Shown here: positions 21,815-27,750 of the stretch, one piece after another
Numbering within the stretch: position 1 is the first letter of the stretch
How the letters are laid out: every line of letters starts with the position of its first letter
Assembly: GCA_019057375.1 (NCBI GenBank)
Contig: DXJF01000054.1
Coordinates: 1 to 27,750, forward strand
Direction of reading: 5' to 3'
Source of the DNA: Candidatus Heimdallarchaeota archaeon
GTDB taxonomy: Archaea > Asgardarchaeota > Heimdallarchaeia > Heimdallarchaeales > Heimdallarchaeaceae
DNA: 27,750 nucleotides
Position numbers and translations under genes: made by a program
The notes under the pieces: generated by a model
What the model was told of the DNA's origin: nothing
Database searches by the model: none
The model's input: only the letters and a program-made list of their open reading frames with translations

Positions 21815-23446
21815 GTGACACATTTGGGTACAAGCGTAATTACTACTGAGAAAAAAGAAGGGAGTTCTTATGACACCATTAATAAGGTTGAGGGCTCAGA
21901 AACAATTTCTTCAAAACATCCTGATTATATAATCGACGAATCGAAGTTAGCAGGAGGATCTGCTGAACTATTATTTTTTCCTAAGAATGAATCTGAAGTT
22001 ATTACTATCATAAAGAAGATGAAAGACAGAGGAATACCAATAACAATTTCGGGAGGTAGAACAGGAATTGTTGGGAGTGCTGTTCCTTTTGGTGGAGCCG
22101 TTGTATCAACAGATGATATGGCAGAAGTGCTTGGTTTTGGGTTTGATGAACCTAACCAGAAATACTTCGTAAGAGTTCAACCAGGTATTACTCTTGATGC
22201 TCTTGAAGATGTGATTAAACACAAAGAGTTCACTGAACAGCAGAATATTGGTGATACAAAATGGGTTGACAAATTCAAACATGATCCGGAAACATTCATG
22301 TTTGCTGTAGATCCAACCGAGATGTCAGCGGTTGTTGGGGGTGCCATTGCAGCTAATGCATCAGGTGCAAGATCATTCAAATACGGCGCAATGAGACCTT
22401 GGGTAAAGCGTATGAGAGTTATTTTAGCCAATGGTGATGTTCTCGATATGACTAGAGGACAATGCAATGCTGAAAATGGTAAATTCATTATAGAGACAAG
22501 TGATCAAAAACTAGAAGTCACCATTCCAACTTACCAAATGCCAAAAGCAAAAAATGCTGCTGGTTTCTATTCAAAACCTGGTATGGATGTAATTGAGCTT
22601 TTCATAGGTACAGAAGGAATGCTAGGTTTTATAACAGAAGTTGATCTTTGGATAGTTCCAACAGTAGAAGGATTACCAAATGTAATGTTCTTCACTTCAG
22701 AAGACGATGCAATTTCTTTTGTTGAGAAACTTAGAGCTGATGATGAGTTAATTGTTGAATATATGGAATACTTTGATGAACACTCATTTAATCTCCTGAA
22801 AAGTAAAAAAGACACAAATCCCGCATTAACCAATCTTCAAACAATACCTCCTGGAATTAAAACTGCAATTTTCTTTGAAGTTGTTTATAGTGAAGAAACT
22901 CTTGAGGACATAATTGTAAAACTAGATGAAATCGCTAGTGAATGTAATTCTTCAATTGATTCATGCTGGTCTGCATTTGATGAAGTTGAACGAGAAAATC
23001 TTAAAGTTATGCGACATGCAGTTCCTGAAACTGTCAATGCTATAATAGCTAAGAGAAAAAGCGAGCATCCTGCGATTCACAAACTGGGAACTGATATGTC
23101 TGTTGAGCATGAGCATTTCAGAGAAATGATGAATATCTATAGAGAATCTCTAGAAGAACACAACCTAGAAAGTGCTACATGGGGACATATAGGTGATTCT
23201 CATGTTCATGTGAATATACTACCTAGAAATCTTGAGGAGCTAGAATTGGGTAAGAAACTTTATAAAAAATTCGCTAAGAAAGCTGTTGAGTTTGGTGGTT
23301 CAGTTTCTGCTGAACATGGTATTGGTAAAATCAAAGCTGAATATTTGATAGTAATGTATGGCGAAGATGGAGTTAATCAAATGCGTGATGTTAAAAACGT
23401 CTTGGATCCTCAAAATTTATTCAATAAAGGTAACATGTTTGTATAA
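21815..23446 (+). CDS. FAD-binding oxidoreductase, D-2-hydroxyacid dehydrogenase family (D-lactate dehydrogenase/GlcD-like)
   Basis: PCMH-type FAD domain (ISGGRTGIVGSAVP, VQPGITL, DPTE, GGAIAANASG, FIGTEGMLG) and metal-binding C-terminus (GHIGDSHVH, SAEHGIGK, DPQNLFNKG). Start uncertain (TTG/GTG at 21785-21824); the ORF-track start at 21503 overlaps DUF917. Confidence 0.85.
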   Translation: MTHLGTSVITTEKKEGSSYDTINKVEGSETISSKHPDYIIDESKLAGGSAELLFFPKNESEVITIIKKMKDRGIPITISGGRTGIVGSAVPFGGAVVSTDDMAEVLGFGFDEPNQKYFVRVQPGITLDALEDVIKHKEFTEQQNIGDTKWVDKFKHDPETFMFAVDPTEMSAVVGGAIAANASGARSFKYGAMRPWVKRMRVILANGDVLDMTRGQCNAENGKFIIETSDQKLEVTIPTYQMPKAKNAAGFYSKPGMDVIELFIGTEGMLGFITEVDLWIVPTVEGLPNVMFFTSEDDAISFVEKLRADDELIVEYMEYFDEHSFNLLKSKKDTNPALTNLQTIPPGIKTAIFFEVVYSEETLEDIIVKLDEIASECNSSIDSCWSAFDEVERENLKVMRHAVPETVNAIIAKRKSEHPAIHKLGTDMSVEHEHFREMMNIYRESLEEHNLESATWGHIGDSHVHVNILPRNLEELELGKKLYKKFAKKAVEFGGSVSAEHGIGKIKAEYLIVMYGEDGVNQMRDVKNVLDPQNLFNKGNMFV

Positions 23447-23477
23447 TAAGGAAGTTTTCAATCTTCCTTCACACTTT

Positions 23478-23957
23478 TTATTTTTCTATTTCTTTCTTTA
23501 AAAGAATCAAAGCTTCTTTAGTTGCTTTTTCTTTGAAATCCTGTCTTGTTTCTTCTTGTAGAACTATTTCTTTACTGTTGATTCCCTTCTTAGTAGAAAT
23601 CCCAATTACTAGTTTTCCAGTCTTCTCTGTTGTTTGCTTATCTCCTGGAGGTGCAATCCCCGTAGTAGATAGTCCTATTGATGTTCCAAAGATTCTTCTA
23701 ATTGCATCTGCCATCGCTTCAGCGGTTTCTCTTGAGTAGATTCCTTGGTGCTCTAAAATCTTCAAATCGATTCTGAGGTCACGAATTTTTGAAGCTTTAG
23801 TATAAGTTACAAATCCTCCCTCAAAGAAATCTGAACTCCCTTCAGAATTGGTAATATTATGTGAGATATACCCTCCGGTACATGATTCAGCTGTAGATAA
23901 AGTTAAATTCTGATCTCGTAGATTTTTACTGATTTCCTTAATTAATTCCTCTATCAT
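23478..23957 (-). CDS. CinA C-terminal domain protein (nicotinamide-nucleotide amidohydrolase, PncC-like)
   Basis: TAESCTGG, GSSDFFEGGFVTY, downstream Lys (TKASK) and STTGIAPPG. Confidence 0.85.
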   Translation of the reverse strand: MIEELIKEISKNLRDQNLTLSTAESCTGGYISHNITNSEGSSDFFEGGFVTYTKASKIRDLRIDLKILEHQGIYSRETAEAMADAIRRIFGTSIGLSTTGIAPPGDKQTTEKTGKLVIGISTKKGINSKEIVLQEETRQDFKEKATKEALILLKKEIEK

Positions 23958-24101
23958 TATTGCACTATTCTATTTCTAGTTCTTTTCTTTTATTATCTCA
24001 TTATGGGTAAGTTGGAAATCCTGACTCCAAGAAAACATGAGTTTCTTCTCCAAACTAGAGATAAATAGATATCGTTTAGGGAAGACATTCTCACGCAATG
24101 A

Positions 24102-24113
24102 GAAAACTTATAA
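24102..24113 (+). promoter_or_regulatory. BRE/TATA-like promoter of the GNAT gene
   Basis: GAAAACTTATAA, with the TATA element 23-28 nt upstream of the ATG at 24136. Same shape as the element at 12871. Confidence 0.4.
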
Positions 24114-24135
24114 GGGCTTCTACTTGGTTAGTTTT

Positions 24136-25029
24136 ATGGAAGAATATACCCTTAAAATTTACGAGAAGGGTTTCGAAGAAGAACAAGCGAAAGTGGGTTA
24201 TGAGGTGGCTCGTACATGGAGTTTTGCTCACCAAACTCCTCCCGAAGAACTTCGTGAAGTTTATTCTAAACCAGACTTTGATCCTGAAACGCGTCATTAT
24301 TGTTTCAAGGATGGAAAAATGGTTGGTTTTCTCACCTCAAAAGTCATTGAACCCACAGAAGATGGAAGGAAGCGAGCTAGTCTCGTTTTTCCCTCTATCT
24401 TACCTGAACACAAAGAAACTACTGATTTACTTCTTGAGAGAGCTTTTGATTTTCTTAAGAAGAAAGATATAGAGATTGTTGAAACATATGTTTCCGCCTT
24501 ATCAGGAAATAATTATGATTTAGCTCACAAGTGGGATTACAAGTATGTTCAAGACACGGATAATTTGGTTTACATACTGAATGGAGTAGACATTAAAGCT
24601 AATTTAAAGACAGTAGAAATAAGAGATTTTGATAGAGAAAAGGATTTGGAGAAATGGCTTGCATTAGTTAGAAAATATGATGAACTATCTGAAGAAAGGA
24701 TTGAGAATTTAATTAAAGAACTTGACAATGAGAGCGGGAATATAGTTGCTCATCTAGTAATTGAGAAAGATGAGAAAATTGTAGGTACAACAATGATCTA
24801 CAAAAATGAACTCAAGCCAAATACAGCCAATTTAGCTTTTACTTATGTAACTGAGTCAGAATATCTAAAGAATCTTGCAGTCAAGGTGAAAGAAATTGGA
24901 AAACTGAGAAAAATTGACACATTCTTCATTTGGTTGTACAGAGGCCGTCTAAAATTCAGGAAGCATTTTGAAGAACTTAATTTTAAATATGGTCAACCTA
25001 GTGCTTCCCTATTTGAGAAATATCTCTAA
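24136..25029 (+). CDS. Tandem GNAT-fold protein (divergent acetyltransferase)
   Basis: Two GNAT-type strands (HYCFKDGKMVGF, HLVIEKDEKIVG) and PSILPEH...LLLERAFDFLKKKDI. Start placed at MEEYTL (24136) rather than 24037 because of the promoter position. Confidence 0.65.
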   Translation: MEEYTLKIYEKGFEEEQAKVGYEVARTWSFAHQTPPEELREVYSKPDFDPETRHYCFKDGKMVGFLTSKVIEPTEDGRKRASLVFPSILPEHKETTDLLLERAFDFLKKKDIEIVETYVSALSGNNYDLAHKWDYKYVQDTDNLVYILNGVDIKANLKTVEIRDFDREKDLEKWLALVRKYDELSEERIENLIKELDNESGNIVAHLVIEKDEKIVGTTMIYKNELKPNTANLAFTYVTESEYLKNLAVKVKEIGKLRKIDTFFIWLYRGRLKFRKHFEELNFKYGQPSASLFEKYL

Positions 25030-25085
25030 TAAAATTATGAGGATTGCGATTAAATCGCTTAGTCTTGATACAAGCAAACCAAACC

Positions 25086-25115
25086 GGGAAGGGGTCTGTT
25101 CTCTTCTTCTTTTTT
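25086..25115 (+). terminator. Hairpin plus U-tract, terminator-like
   Basis: GGGAAGGG (25086-25093) pairs with CTCTTCTT (25101-25108): 8 bp including 3 G-U pairs, 7-nt loop, then T6 at 25110-25115. Confidence 0.45.
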
Positions 25116-25141
25116 GTTAATTAGAAACAAGATACAAATAA

Positions 25142-26719
25142 TTATTCTTCTGTTGTTTCTTCCACTTCCTCATCTTCCTTATCTTGCCCAATTAGTTTCT
25201 TATAATCCTTAATCTTTCCTTCTTCGCTAGTCTCCTCTAAAACAAGAACATATTCTATACATCCTCTTGCCCTTTCTCTTCTTTGTATCATATCATCGAT
25301 ATTTGTTGTAATATCCAAATGAATGACTACATCTGCAGCTTCAAGATTGAGACCTCTTCCTCCTAAAGGTGTAAAGATAAGCACATTTACATTTCCTTCA
25401 TCAAAATTCTTGAGAACAATTCTACGAGTATCTTCTGTGCTCTGCCCAGAGAGATACTTTACTTCTGGAAATCCTAGGTTGTTTAACAATCTTGCAAGAT
25501 AATTCCCTAGAGCAATATATCTTGTAAAGACTAGAACATGCGCTCCTCTGAAAAGATGTTCGTGGATAATATCAATTGCTGTATAAATTTTGGGCTGCAC
25601 TAAAGCTCTTGTTACCTTTTCTTCTGGATTTTCATATTTTGGTAAATCTACTCTGTATGTAATCAGTTCTTTACTGGGTTCTAGAATGTTCCTGAAGATA
25701 TCTTTGTTTTCATCCATTTCAATATACTTCAGAAATTCTCCTGGAGTTGATTCTAGAAGCAGTAACCTGGAATGGCTCAGTTTGAAAAGCCTTCTAAAAG
25801 CTATTATTAGATCACTTTTAGCTTCTGTATCTTTTACTTCATATTTTCCAAGCTTTGCTGGAAATTGTTTCAATCTTTCTAATCTTTCTAAAACTCCGCT
25901 ATAGGATAATTTGATGATTTCTAATCGAGAAAGCTTTGGATCAAGAATCTTCTGTATTGTGTCAACTGGTTTAGTAAGCTGAGTTGAAATTTCTTTATCA
26001 ATCTTGATATAATCTTCCCTTCTAATATTGTGAATTTTAGTAACTGTCTCATATGGTGAAAGATCGAGTCTTTGCATCATCAAAGTTTCTTTTCCTAATA
26101 AACGTAAAATAGCATTAGCCTTGTGCCCGTCTCTTGTACCTGTTAATCCTAGCATAGGAAACTTATTACCCTTTTCTCTTACTTTGAATAACATCTCAAA
26201 ATATTTGCTCAATCTGAATCCTGACATATCTCTAGCTAGAACATCTGTAACCTCATCAATTACACAGATATCAATATTCTCTAGAATGTTTATCTTCAAC
26301 TTGGTTTTAATCTCAAAATAATCGTTCATAAGGGCTGTAATGGGTGAAAATATGACAGTTGAAGCTTCATACATTTTACTCTTCTGTCTAAGACTTAATC
26401 CCTTACCAGTAGGGTCGTAGAGATAACCTAAACTCTCAATATAACCAAATTTCTTACCCATTTCTAAAGCTTGACGACAACGTAAACCTGCAGCTTCACG
26501 AGCAGATGTGAAGATAAATTTAGCATTTTCTTTTTGCATTTTTACAGCTAAAAATGATAGAAGTGTGATAATTGTTTTACCTGTTCCATATGGATAGTTT
26601 AACAGAACTGACCTATCTGGAAGGACTTCAATTATCTCACTAACTGCAGATAGCTGATAATCTCTTTTCTCAATAGTTAAGTTATCTAATTTTACATCAA
26701 ATTCAGCAGGCAAGTTCAT
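25142..26719 (-). CDS. SF2 helicase-like protein, Hef/FANCM/Mph1 family, with non-canonical motifs and no nuclease domain
   Basis: Q motif RDYQ, Walker A PYGTGKT, motif II DEVT, III LTGT, IV VLVFTRY, V TPLGGRGLNL, VI IQRRERARG, and a helical insert between the RecA domains. Start at 26719 (ATG) or 26728 (TTG). Confidence 0.8.
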   Translation of the reverse strand: MNLPAEFDVKLDNLTIEKRDYQLSAVSEIIEVLPDRSVLLNYPYGTGKTIITLLSFLAVKMQKENAKFIFTSAREAAGLRCRQALEMGKKFGYIESLGYLYDPTGKGLSLRQKSKMYEASTVIFSPITALMNDYFEIKTKLKINILENIDICVIDEVTDVLARDMSGFRLSKYFEMLFKVREKGNKFPMLGLTGTRDGHKANAILRLLGKETLMMQRLDLSPYETVTKIHNIRREDYIKIDKEISTQLTKPVDTIQKILDPKLSRLEIIKLSYSGVLERLERLKQFPAKLGKYEVKDTEAKSDLIIAFRRLFKLSHSRLLLLESTPGEFLKYIEMDENKDIFRNILEPSKELITYRVDLPKYENPEEKVTRALVQPKIYTAIDIIHEHLFRGAHVLVFTRYIALGNYLARLLNNLGFPEVKYLSGQSTEDTRRIVLKNFDEGNVNVLIFTPLGGRGLNLEAADVVIHLDITTNIDDMIQRRERARGCIEYVLVLEETSEEGKIKDYKKLIGQDKEDEEVEETTEE

Positions 26720-26770
26720 TCTATTCAAGATAGATGAACTTGACCATTTTAAAGAATTTCTAAAACCTCG

Positions 26771-27163
26771 TTAACTCTCTTCAGCTATTTTCTTAAAGAA
26801 TTCTTCGAATTTATCCTTTATTTCTTTAGGAATTTTGTCTTCTATTTCTTCACCTTCTGCAGTATCACCAGCTTTCTTCTCAAAGAATTTACCGAATTTG
26901 TCCTTAATATCTTTAGGAATGAAGTCTGCTTTTTCTTCGTCCTTTTTCTTCTTCTTTCCACCTAATGAACCAAGAATACCAAATATTACGAATAGAATAA
27001 ACATTCCTATGAATAAGGGTACATAGAGAAGAGATATTGTTGTTTTATTAGTTACTAAACCAACATTAGTCCAAGTTACAATTCCCCATATAGTGAATGT
27101 AAACCAAGATCCAAAAAGCCCTAAGAAAATCAATCTTGATATCATTTTACCAATTTTTACCAT
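26771..27163 (-). CDS. Small two-TM membrane protein with a charged cytoplasmic tail containing a duplicated motif
   Basis: Two hydrophobic helices, then GGKKKKKDEE and two copies of D(F/K)IPK(D/E)IKDKF..FF.K. Confidence 0.7.
   Translation of the reverse strand: MVKIGKMISRLIFLGLFGSWFTFTIWGIVTWTNVGLVTNKTTISLLYVPLFIGMFILFVIFGILGSLGGKKKKKDEEKADFIPKDIKDKFGKFFEKKAGDTAEGEEIEDKIPKEIKDKFEEFFKKIAEES
26790..26926. repeat. Intragenic direct repeat: two 50-bp copies with an 87-bp period
   Basis: 26790-26839 versus 26877-26926: 40 of 50 positions identical by hand alignment; the 29-codon period keeps the frame. Confidence 0.8.
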
Positions 27164-27265
27164 TTTTTACACCTTTGTTTATCTATCTATGTCTGCACTT
27201 AGTAGTATATAAATTTTGTATGAAAAACTATATGTGAATAATGGAAGGAAACCTCAATTTCGTTT

Positions 27266-27750
27266 TTAAACTGGATTTTCTTTGAACCATTGAACCGTTC
27301 TCTCAAAAGCTTCCTTTTTTGATACTATTGGTTGATAACCAAAATCACGTTCAGCTTTTTCACTGATGAAAGTGTGATCAACACATGTTTGAATTACTGC
27401 AAATCTGTTGAAATTTGACTTTGGTGCGAATATTTCCGCTATTGAAGCTATGAAGTATGCAAGTTTGTAAGGAATGGATTTTGTTGGTACTGGCAAATCT
27501 AGAGCTTCAAGGAAAGGCTTCATAAAAGTAAATAAATTGTCTGCGGGTTGATGATCTACTATAAAATAGCATTCTCCAGCAACTTTGGAACCAGGGTATA
27601 AATTCTTAGCAGCTAAAATATGTGCATAAGCTGCATTTTCTGAATATACATGGCTGAAACAAGCTGTTCCATTTCCTAGTTTGATATTGTTCTTGCTCTT
27701 AGCAATCTCGATTATGTTAGCAATATGATATTTATCTCTAGGACCATACA
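27266..27750 (-). CDS. 3-beta-hydroxysteroid dehydrogenase / NSDHL-like extended SDR; C-terminal part, truncated at the right edge
   Basis: The frame stays open past the track start at 27523 to the window edge: YGPRDKYHIANII...LGNGTACFSHVYSENAAYAHILAAKNL...VAGECYFIVD...KAERDFGYQPIVSKKEAFERTVQWF. Confidence 0.85.
   Translation of the reverse strand, partial: YGPRDKYHIANIIEIAKSKNNIKLGNGTACFSHVYSENAAYAHILAAKNLYPGSKVAGECYFIVDHQPADNLFTFMKPFLEALDLPVPTKSIPYKLAYFIASIAEIFAPKSNFNRFAVIQTCVDHTFISEKAERDFGYQPIVSKKEAFERTVQWFKENPV

Noticed and set aside
24022-24024. In-frame TGA upstream of the GNAT ORF that might pair with the SECIS-like hairpin at 25037
   Set aside because: It lies upstream of the probable promoter and start (24136), with no credible coding sequence before it.

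Overview
AT-rich, gene-dense archaeal-style window with about 23 protein-coding genes. I found no tRNA, rRNA, CRISPR array or transposase. The gene mix suggests an Asgard archaeon, probably Heimdallarchaeia-like (inference): TATA-box promoters with apparently leaderless genes, oligo-T terminators, sequon-rich beta-helix surface proteins with DxDGDG repeats and C-terminal anchors, a secreted metacaspase and a membrane RING protein. Most genes look like heterotrophic scavenging functions: peptidases, a serine hydrolase, an MBL-fold hydrolase, a HAD phosphatase, GH3 and GH2 glycosidases, a DUF3604/PHP hydrolase, an FAD D-2-hydroxyacid dehydrogenase, DUF917 and CinA/PncC. Both window edges cut genes that the ORF track misses or shortens: a paralogous beta-helix surface protein (1-412) and an NSDHL-like 3-beta-HSD (27266-27750). 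The most unusual items are: (1) a Zn-finger / two-TM / variant RING-H2 protein, a candidate membrane-anchored ubiquitin E3; (2) a Hef/FANCM-like helicase with rewired motifs Ia, II, III and VI and no nuclease domain; (3) a secreted metacaspase; (4) a small membrane protein with tandem MIM1-like amphipathic helices; (5) a K-turn/SECIS-like hairpin between two convergent genes. All functional calls come from motifs read by eye; no database search was run.
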